A stretch of 19,862 nt of DNA from an uncultured Nitrososphaeraceae archaeon. GTDB taxonomy: Archaea; Thermoproteota; Nitrososphaeria; Nitrososphaerales; Nitrososphaeraceae. The DNA is taken from contig CAVXZB010000030.1 in assembly GCA_963765895.1 (NCBI GenBank), positions 1-19,862 of the forward strand. The letters are read 5' to 3'. Under the pieces are notes generated by a model that was not told where the DNA came from, ran no database searches, and worked only from the letters and a program-made list of their open reading frames with translations. Both the position numbers and the translations under genes were made by a program. This document shows, piece after piece, positions 1 to 10,639 of the stretch. The stretch's first letter is position 1; the number at the start of each line of letters is the position of its first letter.

Positions 1-129
1 AATTCTACAACTCAATCTATTATAGTATCTACCGCTATGTGTAAAATGGTACCGTCTATCATTGGATCGTTCAGATGTCATTACTACACTATAAGTCATT
101 TTTGTTCATTTCTGGATTCTTGAATGACA

Positions 130-1079
130 CTACGGCTTCTTGCATTGCAATCCTTCCTCTAAATCTGACAAGTCCTGATACATTTTTGCAAGATATCCTA
201 TTCCCTGTTGCTGCTCTTGCGGTTTTATTCCCTCGATAGGACTAAGCACTATCACCTTTCCATTAGGAATTTCGTCTGCTATTGCTTGGGCTGAGCGAGG
301 ATCAATCAAATCTTCAGAATAAATTACATTTATACCAATCTTATCTGCAAGTTGCACTACCTCTACCAACCGTTGGGGGAGTATTTCTCCTTCTGGCGTT
401 AAACCTTCATGAATACTATGTTGCCTTAGTCCATACTCTTTTGCGAAGTAGCCAAAAGCGTTATGAAAAGCTATAAAATCTCTTTTTGCACAATTAGAGC
501 TAGAAAGATTTCCTCTTATTGCTACATCTAAGGATTTGAGTTGTCCAATAAAGCTCTGAGCATTGTTTTTGTAGTACATTGCATTTTTTGGATCAACCTC
601 TATTAATCCATCGCGTATATTCTCAACTTGATGAATTGCAAGGATTGGATCTAGCCAAATGTGGGGATCTGTTGGTGCATGAATTTCGGGGCCATTGGTA
701 GAAAGTAAATTTAAGCCTTTACTGGAATCAATTACAAACTTTGGACTAACTTTGTTTATCCATGTTGTTTCCATTCCAGCTCCGTTGTATACTACTGCGC
801 GGCAGTCTGAGCATTCTGAATTTGTTGAATTGTGGGATCAAAGTCATGAGGTTCTGCACCTACAGGAATAAGCACAGATGCATCTATTTTGTCACCTCCA
901 ACTTTCTTTACAAATTCATAGATTGGAAAGAAAGATGCGACAATTTTTATTTTAGAAGTATTTGTTTCTGCGATTGCATTAATCCTGCTGATACTACTAG
1001 CTGGAAAAATAGCTCCGGTATTTGATACTAGTATAATAACTAACGTTAGCCCGATTAGTATGCTACTAAACCTTTGCAT
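130..1079 (-). CDS. znuA: Metal (Zn/Mn) ABC transporter substrate-binding protein, ZnuA/AdcA/TroA family; one frameshift at about 797-800
   Basis: ORFs 792..1079 and 130..774 join with +1 base to give ...NAQTA(x)AVVYNGAGMETTW. N-terminal hydrophobic anchor; motifs IVASFFPIYEF, GAEPHDFDPT, DPHIWLDP and FHNAFGYF supply three His ligands. Confidence 0.9.
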
Positions 1080-1091
1080 GATGTGAAATAA

Positions 1092-1126
1092 TTATTAATA
1101 ATAATATATATTTTTGTTAATAACAA
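1092..1126. promoter_or_regulatory. TATA-like box (about 1105-1110) flanked by two 6-1-6 palindromes TTRTTA-A-TAAYAA; putative znuA promoter/operator
   Basis: TTATTAATAATAA at 1092-1104 and TTGTTAATAACAA at 1114-1126, 22 bp apart. TATATA lies between them, about 26-31 nt before the ATG at 1079. The AT-rich background lowers significance. Confidence 0.45.
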
Positions 1127-1310
1127 TAATGAGTAACTATTTAAACACATTAATAAGATTCTAGGAAAATTCTTTTGTATTTGAGACTAATAACGATGTA
1201 AAGCAAAAAGTATTGTCCTAGGATGTCACAAATCATGTAAATAAAAGCATATGACAGAATCGAGTTTTCAGAATTACATTGCAATTAATTTAACATTATC
1301 CATTTTCTTG

Positions 1311-1478
1311 TTAGATTGAAACAGCTTAGTCATGTCTCTTATCTGATTAGCATTACCTTTCAGAACGAATATTTCAAGACATCTATCTCTGTCTATCTAT
1401 TTTATTATTAGACTGAAACAGCTTTATTCTCTTATCTGATTAGCATCACCTTTTAGAACGAATATTTCAAGACATCTA
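1311..1478 (+). repeat. Imperfect direct repeat of about 71-75 bp (1311-1385 and 1408-1478)
   Basis: TTAGAYTGAAACAGCTT...CTCTTATCTGATTAGCATYACCTTTYAGAACGAATATTTCAAGACATCTA occurs twice, separated by 22 bp. Confidence 0.92.
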
Positions 1479-1531
1479 AATTGAAAGACAGAAATGGAAA
1501 CAACTGTTCTATTATAGAAACGGTTTATGAT

Positions 1532-1890
1532 ATGTCTGAGCTTAAATCATGCCCGATTGAAACAACCTTTAAAATTATTGGAAAAAGGTGGACTGTTCTG
1601 AATCATAAGGGAAATTCTCAAAGGTAACACACAGTTTAATCGCTTTATGGAAAATATAGGAGGCATATCACCCAAAGTTCTTACGGAATGTCTACGTGAA
1701 CTCGAACGACTAGGAATTATTAGGAAGAATTGTTTCAGAGTATCCAGTTAGGGTAGAATACAATTTAACAGAGATAGGTAAAGGATTTGAACCGGTATTA
1801 CTCAGCGCAGCTTCATTTTCAATGAAGTATATGCCCAGAACGATCTTCAAAGATGGCAAGCCAAGAAATTCTGAGATAGATTTGAACTAA
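1532..1890 (+). pseudogene. HxlR-family winged-helix transcriptional regulator with two frameshifts (about 1601 and 1728); may be intact in vivo
   Basis: Manual translation across shifts: MSELKSCPIETTFKIIGKRWTVL/IIREILKGNTQFNRFMENIGGISPKVLTECLRELERLGIIR/IVSEYPVRVEYNLTEIGKGFEPVL...*. This matches the HxlR CP...IG.KW...ISPKVL..RLRELE..G...P.RVEY.LT..G pattern. Absent from the ORF track; the start could lie slightly upstream (1481-1494). Confidence 0.88.
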
Positions 1891-2200
1891 TTTATCAGCC
1901 TGGGTGATATAATTAGCATATGGGCTAAATAGAAACAGCTATTATTAATCCTAGTATCTCGATATTTATGAAAAGAATAGCAGATATATGGACTTTGGTT
2001 ATATCTTGTAAATATGATTAATGGCGCTAGTAATACAATTCTTATTTAGAATATTTTTAAGCTCATGTCGCACATCTTCATTCTATTCCAAGTAAACAAT
2101 ATCACACGAATTTTATCTAGAGAACGATATTCTGTCAGGTAAGGTAATAAAATGAAAAATACGTGAATTATACAACAGTGTTAGTCCCAGTAGTAGTTGA

Positions 2201-2659
2201 TTAGTGATTGTGATGATTCTCAACCGAATCTATAGTTGGCTGAGTTACACTCTCTTTCTTTATTACCTCCAATACTTTTTGCCAGACATGTTTCTCAAAC
2301 TCATAAGCCATTATACCACCAACAGTGAGACCAGGTAGCAAGCCCAACAGGTCCTCCAACTACAAGGCCTACAGCTCCTGGCCATAAAAGACTACCAAAC
2401 CATGCCCCAGAAGCAACTTCTACTGCATAATCATTTGGATTTCCTGTTATGGACGCATGAATTTCGCGTAGAGAACCCACCGATACTTTTGGCGATTTGT
2501 TGACTGCTACGATGCTCCTTAATGGCACAGCATTTAGAGTCCCTTTATATTCTGAAACAATCTGTAGATCTTTTTTGATCTCCTAACAACTGCTTTATAT
2601 TATTATATAAATTATCAAGATTTGTATTTAATTCTCTATAATGCTTGTACTTTTGCCAT
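2201..2659 (-). pseudogene. Hypothetical protein (about 150 aa) with a glycine-zipper-like hydrophobic segment; three frameshifts
   Basis: Joined reading: MAKVQ/HYRELNTNLDNLYNNIKQLLGDQK/DLQIVSEYKGTLNAVPLRSIVAVNKSP...GAWFGSLLWPGAVGLVVGGPVGLAT/GLTVGGIMAYEFEKHVWQKVLEVIKKESVTQPTIDSVENHHNH*. A TATA-like AT run lies about 25-30 nt upstream. Confidence 0.7.
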
Positions 2660-3781
2660 AAAACAAGTATTTATTGCCTAGATATATTTAAGTTACTAGA
2701 GAAGTGTTGATGTTTATCACTTTTCTTTATTCAGTTAATCCCTTATCACGGAATGATTCTTCTTCATTTGGTACCTTTGACTAGATATAATGAAAGTATT
2801 TTTTCTCCATATGGTAATCACCGAGATCTGAAAGATGATGATTATTTAGTCAGTCGAAAATCAGGTGCATAATGCCAAATATGAGTTTGAACATGATCCT
2901 GATATGACGCATGCGATAACTTCATACTTACTTCATCTTCCTTTGATTCTCCTTCTATTCTGATTCTGAACACTGGTTCGCTCAATTTCTGCCATTTTCC
3001 ATCTCTATAGGCGAAAGCCTACCTGTATGTATAATTAAGTTAAGGATGTATGATAATTTTTCGTTACCAAAGCCAGTGCAGCTCTACGAATCTACCTTTG
3101 CTATCATATCTATTCCAAGCAATACAGATAGCTCAGCCAACTCCTCCACTACTACGATTAGATCCTATACCATTAGCACCGTTGGCGTTTGCTTCTAAAT
3201 ATGCATATTAACAAATGGACAATTAATTACCCCTCCAGAAATGTTAGTACATATTTCCAGTCTCGGGTTGCAGATGTAATCTAAGTCAATGAAGTCTAGA
3301 ATTTGGGCTCGTAACCTATAAAATGGTGATTGTTGAGATCTGGTACAATTCTTCTTTTTTGTAATCTATCGTCTTTCTTCATGGTACAGTTACCAGTATT
3401 TTTTTGTGTATTCTCTCTTCCTGCTCTTCTTCTTCTTCTTCTACTTTACTCGTATACATTTGTTTGACTCTTCTCATAACTGAATTTAACCTAGGAATAA
3501 CAAAAGTCTACCTTGTAGAAATATATTATCTCTATATATGACAGCAATTCTATAGTTTTCATGTTGATTTAATTAATCCTAACTGTAGATTACACTGTTC
3601 AAAAAAGTAGCACCATTCACGCTCATTATGCTATACAATACTGAGATTGAATTTTTAGGAGAGATATAAGTGTAAGTAGCTTCGAGTTGGAAACAACATT
3701 TTCATTTTGAATAGATAATGTCGAATCTTGATTAATTTTCAAACACAGAAAAAGAAATAAAAGAGTACGTATGTCAAACAG

Positions 3782-5008
3782 TCATTTGTTTACGAACGTA
3801 CCATTTTGAAGCAATTCATGCACTGTCGGATCAACTCTTCCAGATTCAGTCATAGTAAAGCAATGGGTTGACATGAACTGCTGTGCTCCTCCAAGTCTAT
3901 TTTCCCATTTGGGTAACATACTATTTACACAATTTTCGTTGACTACATCAATATATTTAGAGAAAATCAGCCATGGGTTAGGTTGTCCTCCTCCTCCTAC
4001 CTGCTTTGCAATCTCACCAAATGAGACTTGGTTGGCCTGAGCAGCTGCCTTTTCCAAATCAGAAACAAATTCCTTCTGTACCATTACATCATTTCTTGTT
4101 CCAAGTCTAGTAAGATGGCCACCGACAAGTGTATCAAAGTCATAGTTGTTCAACGTTATATTATGAGCTTTGATAAATCCTGCAGTATCTTTAGCTACTG
4201 CCAAATATGGAAATGGAACCCATCCTGGAAATACGATATCCACTAGCATGAGTACCTTTTGATTTGGAGCATAAATGAATATATTTCCAGGTAGATGGTT
4301 AACTCCATAGTAGTCTAGCTTTAGAGTTTGATTTCCAATCTGCAAAATGTAATTCTTGGTAAAGGTAACTGTGGGAATTGGTGGCACAGCAGAAACATTT
4401 TTGGCTACACTTCTTGCTCTTTGTAACTCTGCTGCGGTTTCTTGTTGAGCTATAAAAGTAGCATTCCTTGGGAACATTCCAGCAGCTCCAATGTGATCTA
4501 AATGAGCATGACTGTAAATTACATACGTAACAGGTTTGTTAGTTACTTCTGCTATGGCCTTTAGATAGTTTTTACCAATAGTTGGAGGAGCATCAACTGC
4601 TACAACACCCTTATCTGTTACTAGAAACATAGTATTATATGAGCCATCTGTAACCCAGTACAAATGATCTCGGATTTGTTGCACCAAATATCCTTTTGCA
4701 GATATTGTGGGTCCTTTTGCTGCTTCAGGGACTTGGGCTGCACTGCTAACAAAGCTTCTGTTATTACTAGTACCACTACCACCACTAGTATTGGCATTAG
4801 ATTCCTTTAATGCTTGGGATACAAATTTAAGATATACTGTCTCTACATTATCATTATTGTCTTGTACAGCAGCTAATGTTTTTGAGGTCTGAACTGGCAG
4901 TATTGAGCCATTAATAGCAACATTACAAGCTATTACAAACAAAATGATTAGAAATGCTCCAGAAGTTATACGCCTCATTATTTTTTGTATATAGTGAATA
5001 TTTTTCAT
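3782..5008 (-). CDS. Secreted or membrane-anchored metallo-beta-lactamase-fold hydrolase
   Basis: Intact 408-aa ORF with an N-terminal hydrophobic helix and a Ser/Gly/Asn linker. MBL motifs VAVDAP, YSHAHLDHIG (HxHxDH), NH.PG, VDIVFPG and GGHL. Confidence 0.92.
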   Translation of the reverse strand: MKNIHYIQKIMRRITSGAFLIILFVIACNVAINGSILPVQTSKTLAAVQDNNDNVETVYLKFVSQALKESNANTSGGSGTSNNRSFVSSAAQVPEAAKGPTISAKGYLVQQIRDHLYWVTDGSYNTMFLVTDKGVVAVDAPPTIGKNYLKAIAEVTNKPVTYVIYSHAHLDHIGAAGMFPRNATFIAQQETAAELQRARSVAKNVSAVPPIPTVTFTKNYILQIGNQTLKLDYYGVNHLPGNIFIYAPNQKVLMLVDIVFPGWVPFPYLAVAKDTAGFIKAHNITLNNYDFDTLVGGHLTRLGTRNDVMVQKEFVSDLEKAAAQANQVSFGEIAKQVGGGGQPNPWLIFSKYIDVVNENCVNSMLPKWENRLGGAQQFMSTHCFTMTESGRVDPTVHELLQNGTFVNK

Positions 5009-5034
5009 TTGTAGTCTGATTATAATAGTAGAAA

Positions 5035-5042
5035 TATATAAA
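5035..5042 (-). promoter_or_regulatory. Archaeal TATA box for the MBL hydrolase (likely leaderless transcript)
   Basis: TTTATATA on the minus strand 27-34 nt upstream of the ATG at 5008. Confidence 0.55.
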
Positions 5043-5827
5043 TCGGTGGGTCTTTTTAGTATAGAATTTTTTGCAGAATTAAGATTTACGAGATAACATA
5101 TTAAGACGTTTAGATGTTGATTAATTGTGTAAAGGCTTATGTCTAGTCATGAACTGCTTGCATGTGCATCATGATATGTCCTTTAAAGGTATTCCTGAAC
5201 AAGCTCCGAGGTTTGAGTATAGATGAAAAGCAACTCAGTAATAGATGGCCAAGAATATATTGCATTGATACAAAAGTAATTTATGCTGTAGAATTGGGTT
5301 GGAGGTTTATTGTAGTCATTGATTTCCACGCTTATGATATAGAATACCCCTGTGTACGTGCTAATACTAAACCGTGACTGTTGGTTATTGATGCTATAGC
5401 AAATGTCACAGTAAAAGATAGGATTATAGTGACAGAAGACAAGATTACTATCTTGATCTTTGTGGTTGGAAATATACTATAAGGTCCCTATATGTAAAGG
5501 GGTTAGATAGTATTTCTTATTTAGCTTTTCTTTTTGAGATATCATTTCATAACTCAATTTGCTTATCAATTGTCAGTTGGTATTATTATTATAGATGTCT
5601 CCTGTGAAATGTAATAGTTGCACTTATAGACATATAATAAAAACTATTTATCATAGCATAAAGGTACGTATGTGTGTATTTAGCTAATATTATAACTAGA
5701 TCTCTTTTTCAATATAACTATCAATTTGCTATTTGCGAATCATGTTTTTGGTGTCCAACTGTATTTCATAAATCAATAATAAAACAAGGACAGGAAGAGT
5801 ATGTTTACCAAAGGAGCCTAACTTACA

Positions 5828-7169
5828 ATGAATCGAGATAATATTAGTGTATTAGTAATGGCAATGATGGTAGTAGTAATAGTTTCTGTTATCGTTGGTT
5901 TTACAATATATTTCAATAATCCTGGCCTTAATCAGGCTTGGTCAGTACAACAACAACAACAAAAAGACAAAGGCTTAGTCTTAGGTGGTGTTCATTCGCC
6001 TGAATTTAAATTCGAGAAAAACCAGGCTAATGTAAAGAAAGCGGTCCGAACCGGAATAACTCATCCGGCAATAGCAGCTGGAATGGTAGAAAATCATACT
6101 ATAACTACAATAAAGCTCAATGCTACAAAATTCCAGCAACTAGACAAATCACAATTTATGAAGGCACCTGAATTTGCTCAAATCAGTGGCTACATAAATA
6201 CACCGAATAATAATAATAATCATCCAATTACACTTTCATCTCTTAGAGGAAAAATAGTGTTACTATACATTTGGACATACACATGCATCAACTCTATTCG
6301 TCCTATGCCGTACATTGACGATTGGAATCAAAAATATTCTAATAAGGGTTTAGTCATAGTTGGTGTTCATTCACCAGAATTTCAATTCGAGAAAAACTAT
6401 GCCAATGTGAAGGATGCGGTCCAAAGGTTTGGAATAAAATATCCTGTAATACTAGATAGCGATCATGGAACTTGGAATGCGTATGGAAATAACTATTGGC
6501 CCAGATATTATTTGATTGATGCTCAAGGATACATAAGGTACAATCACATAGGTGAAGGTGATTATAATCAAATAGAAAAATCAATTCGATCGCTAGTGGC
6601 TGAACGTGCTCGCTCTGATGGGTGCAAAAGAAATAAGCTTTGATGTAAACCCCACGGCACCAATCAAACCAAGAAGTTTGTATTATGTAGATTTAAGGCA
6701 GAACACAACACCGGAAATATACATAGGTTATAATACTACCAGAGCTTCACTTGGAAATCCTGAAGGCTTCAAACAAGATCAGACAGTTTCATACTCAATC
6801 CCATCAACTACAAATTTTAAACCTCACATCGTATACCTTCAAGGCAAGTGGAAAAATAATCCCGATAATATGGAATTACAAAATGATACTGGGCGCATTG
6901 TTTTGATATATTATGCAAAGTCTGTGAATATAATAGCAGGAGGAAGAGGTGGCGGAGTTGTTTTTAATGATGAAGGAATAGAAGGAGGAGCAGCTGCAGC
7001 ATCTAAATCCAACAATTCACTTGGGCAGGATTTATCATCTGATGGTAGTTTCAGAATTGATGGACAAAGGCTATATAATTTAGCTATACATAACAACTAC
7101 ACTGCTCATAGTATTGTAATTGATGTTAAAGGAAAAGGATTTCAATTCTATACCTTCACTTTCGGGTAG
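5828..7169 (+). CDS. Membrane-anchored DipZ-like redoxin (thioredoxin fold plus C-terminal beta domain); one frameshift at about 6611
   Basis: ORFs 5828..6643 and 6606..7169 join by removing one C (AERA-ALMGAKE). Motifs APEF..ISGYIN, LRGKIVL..IWTYTCINS, GVHSPEF.FEK, WNAYGNNYWPRYYLID, GEGDY, TPEIYIGY, RLYNL and terminal FYTFTFG match the DipZ soluble region. Confidence 0.9.
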
Positions 7170-7346
7170 ACGGGGATATAATATGATGATATCAATAAAG
7201 ACCTTATTAATGGAAGTCCAACCTTTTTAGCTTGCCGCTTAATATTTATACATTGTTATCATATTTTGGATTTAAAAGTTACAAATTGACTAAACTAAAG
7301 CTCGGAACGTTTCATTTGAAATTGAGGAGTCATTATTAATTCTAGT

Positions 7347-7503
7347 GCATATCCCAAGTGGGCATATCCCAAGTGGGCATATCCCAAGTGGGCATATCCC
7401 AAGTGGGCATATCCCAAGTGGGCATATCCCAAGTGGGCATATCCCAAGTGGGCATATCCCAAGTGGGCATATCCCAAGTGGGCATATCCCAAGTGGGCAT
7501 ATC
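7347..7503 (+). repeat. Perfect tandem repeat, 15-bp unit GCATATCCCAAGTGG, 10 full copies plus 7 bp
   Basis: Read directly; units are identical and have no spacers. Confidence 0.98.
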
Positions 7504-7563
7504 TTATCAACATCAATAACTGAGCACCATACAGAAATATGTATGACTAGGTCTTATTTTTTA

Positions 7564-9205
7564 ATGGTTGAAAGAGGAAGGCGGGAAGGCAATCAGGAAA
7601 ATATTTCAGCGTCAGGATTGAGTCCTTTCAAATCTACTCTGTATAGGACGTTATGGACTGCGGCCCTTTTTTCTTATGTTGGTGCTCGCTATGTACGATG
7701 TAGGGGCATCATGGCTAATGACTTCACTTGCCCCCGATCCCTTGTTTGTATCTCTCGTCACAACTGCTACCACCTTACCAATTTTTCTATTTGCGTTACC
7801 GTCAGGGATATTATCAGATATTTTTGATCGGAGGCGTATACTCCTTATCGCATGTGCGCATATGTTTACAACATCTGCTCTGCTAGGAATCCTTACTCTT
7901 GTTGGTCTGACTACCCCAACAATACTATTGATATTTACTTTTGCGCTAGGAGCAGGTACGACTATGATTAGAACTCCTATTATCCCCACTTTGAGTGGAT
8001 TGGTACCAAGATCAGAAATATCTTCCGCTCTAACTCTTAGCGCACTTGCTAGTAACATAGGCCGTGTCGTTGGTCCAACGATTGGTGGTATTCTTGTAGC
8101 TGCAATTGCACCTTGGGCTGTATTTTTTCTTAATTCAGCTTCATTTATTGCCATGATCATAGTTCTAAGTAGACTGCCAAGAAAGTCCAATGTCCAAGAA
8201 CAGAGCTCTCTACCTCCGGAGAATATATTCAGAGCTATTCGAGTTCAATTGCGATATGTACGCTATTCTCAAGCTGCACATGTATTAATTATACGCGCAG
8301 GTTTGTTTACATTATGTAGTAGTGCATTATTATCTCTCTTACCACTCTTAGCTAAACGCGAATTAGGACTTGATTCCACTGGATTTGGACTGCTTTTAGG
8401 ATCATTTGGTATGGGTGCAATAGCCTGTGGAATTGTAATTTTGCCAAGGTTACGGCCTAAGACTTCGGTAGAATCTCTTATTACAATTTCTATAGCGTTA
8501 CTTGCAATTGTAATATTTACAATGGGATATGTTCGAAATTTTGGAATCCTTTGTATGGTAATGGCGCTAGGAGGAGCTGCATACATCACAATAATATCAA
8601 AATTCTACACAATTGGAATAAAATCCGCACCAAAATGGATTGGAGCCAGGGTATTGGCAATCTATCTACTTATATTAAATGGTGGTTTTGTAGTTGGAAG
8701 TGTATTGTGGGGTACAGTAGCTAATCTATTTGGTATCTCGATCACACTGTTAGTAGCTTCATTAGCCTTAGGCGCAACCATTATTGCTAAGAAACGCTAT
8801 AGCAGTACCTTGTTAGATGACCTTGATTTTACACCAGCAAGTGATCATTGGTCACTTCCTACTCTTCTGTACTCGGTTGACCATTCACAAAATGAAAATC
8901 AAGCTCTGATAACAATCGAATACAACAAGATTGATCCCAAATTATCTGATAAGTTTGAGCAAAGCGTACGTGAACTAGGACGAATGCTTAGAAGTGAGGG
9001 AATGGCATATTGGGAATTATTCCGAGATCCAGCAGATATCGGTCATTACATCGAAATCAGGATTGCTGATACCTGGACTGATCATATACGTCAGCATGAA
9101 TATGTTACCAAGAATGTACAAGTTATGGAAGATAGAATCCGCGCACTTATCAAGGATTGTCCCCAGCCAATAATATCACATTATATAGGAAGATCTCCGC
9201 ACTAA
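7564..9205 (+). CDS. MFS transporter (MFS_3 / transmembrane secretion effector type) with a C-terminal soluble domain; one frameshift at about 7687
   Basis: The N-terminus in frame 7345 (LSPFKSTLYRTLWTAALFSYVGA) joins ORF 7676..9205 (AMYDVGASWLMTSL..P..V.LV..A.TLP.FLFALPSG.LSD.FDRRR). Many TM helices; C-terminal WELFRDP...YIE...TW.DH.RQHE. The start may be ATG 7564 or 7543. Confidence 0.9.
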
Positions 9206-9910
9206 TAGTAAAGTAGAAAGATTGTGACGGTGCCACCTGTTTTTATAGCAGAATTATACAACAATTTCTTAGTAGTGATCCTGCTGAAACTAGCAAATGA
9301 GGAGTATAACTGGAATTTATGCCCAAACACAAATACACAAATACAAAAGAAATTAGTTCTGGTAGCCCTAGATCGTGTGTTATGTAAAAACAACTATAGA
9401 ACTGTTATAAGATATTACCTTTAGATCAAGAGTAATATTTAGCAGAACAAATAGACCAAGGAACTCGACTATCAATTTTTACTATTACTAATATCTGTCT
9501 ATAATATGCGGCAGGTATCCTTTCTTGATAACACTATCCTTAATCTCTTGAAAGTCATATACCTATGCTTTACGTCTAATACTCTAGCAATCTCTTGCAT
9601 TGATGCTTAGGACCAACCACAGCAAAAAAAGCCATTTACTGTGATAAGCCGATCCAATCCAATCTGTTATTCAGAATTGAAACTACAATGGTCTAAAGAA
9701 GGGCTGATTAAACATTTCATGACTTATTTAGAGCAACCATTTTCTATTAACTATTCTTTGTCAATTAATAAGATCCTATTTTAAAATGTATAATTATGTA
9801 AAATCAGTTACAGCACTAATTATACAAGATGTAATAGGAGGAATCTGGCAGAACATAAATTAACAAGATACTTAAAGCATATTTAATCTAAAGAGTGCAG
9901 TGTAAATGTT

Positions 9911-10393
9911 GTGGATGAGAAGGAAGATGACAAGAAAAACAAGGATGATCTGATAAAGGATTACAATGCAATACTCAGGGAGAGTACTTTACTTACAACA
10001 GTCTCAGGTTTCATCTTTGGTTTTATTTTCAACGCAACAATAAATACACCTAAGAATTTTACACCTATAGATAGTATCATTTTGATGTTAGCATTATTTA
10101 CATCGACTTGTTCGATCTGCATATTTGTAATGCCTGTAGTATATCATAACATCGAATATCCGTATTCAGATCTCGAAAAGTTCAAGAAAAGAAGTCATAA
10201 CTTTGTAATATATGGATTAGTCCCTGGGGCAGTAACTTTGTATTTAGGACTACTATTAGGTCTAAGGCTAGGAGTAAAACTCGGTGTCCCTTCTTCAAGT
10301 GGCATAGATTATTTATCCATAATTCTTGCATTTGTTCCTTTTGGAATTGCCTATCTTGCATTTAAGGAAAGAAAGAGACAATGGTTGAAATAA
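9911..10393 (+). CDS. Small multi-pass membrane protein, DUF6328-like
   Basis: 160-aa ORF with about 4 hydrophobic segments. The pattern LRE....T..G..FGF...P..YH resembles DUF6328 (family call from recall). Confidence 0.65.
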   Translation: MDEKEDDKKNKDDLIKDYNAILRESTLLTTVSGFIFGFIFNATINTPKNFTPIDSIILMLALFTSTCSICIFVMPVVYHNIEYPYSDLEKFKKRSHNFVIYGLVPGAVTLYLGLLLGLRLGVKLGVPSSSGIDYLSIILAFVPFGIAYLAFKERKRQWLK

Positions 10394-10639
10394 CATTATT
10401 GTCAAATATTGTGTTAGATTAGTTCTTTGCAGCAGAAAAGAATCCTACCTACAATATCTACAGATCACAAGGCCACTCAAAGAGATATAACTAGTCATTC
10501 AAAAATAATATGATAGTATTTTAGATGTCAAATATATTAAGCTACTAAAATTAGTAGCCCATAACAATTGGTCAATTGGTCCCATTACTCACTAGTTAGC
10601 CCTTTAGTCAGATAATTATCTTGACCTCATATAGGCATT

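Noticed and set aside
282-1025. Plus-strand ORFs 282..476 and 762..1025
   Set aside because: Antisense to znuA with no recognisable motifs. The same applies to the short ORFs antisense to the MBL, redoxin, CHAD, HTH and oxidoreductase genes.
5150-5475. Secreted protein on the minus strand (KIKIVILSSVTIILSFTVTFAIASI...) and plus ORF 5162..5377
   Set aside because: The signal-like stretch has no clear start and hits stops quickly; at most an unidentifiable remnant.
7347-7503. CRISPR array
   Set aside because: Units are 15 bp, contiguous and identical, with no spacers; no cas genes in the window.
7295-7516. Minus-strand ORF (YAHLG)n
   Set aside because: Open only because the repeat has no stop in that frame; no independent support.
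7651-8589. Antisense ORFs 7651..8190 and 8269..8589
   Set aside because: Shadows of the MFS gene on the opposite strand.
9202-9760. Short ORFs 9202..9393 and 9224..9424 and downstream fragments
   Set aside because: Mutually overlapping, with no motifs or start signals; cannot be supported.
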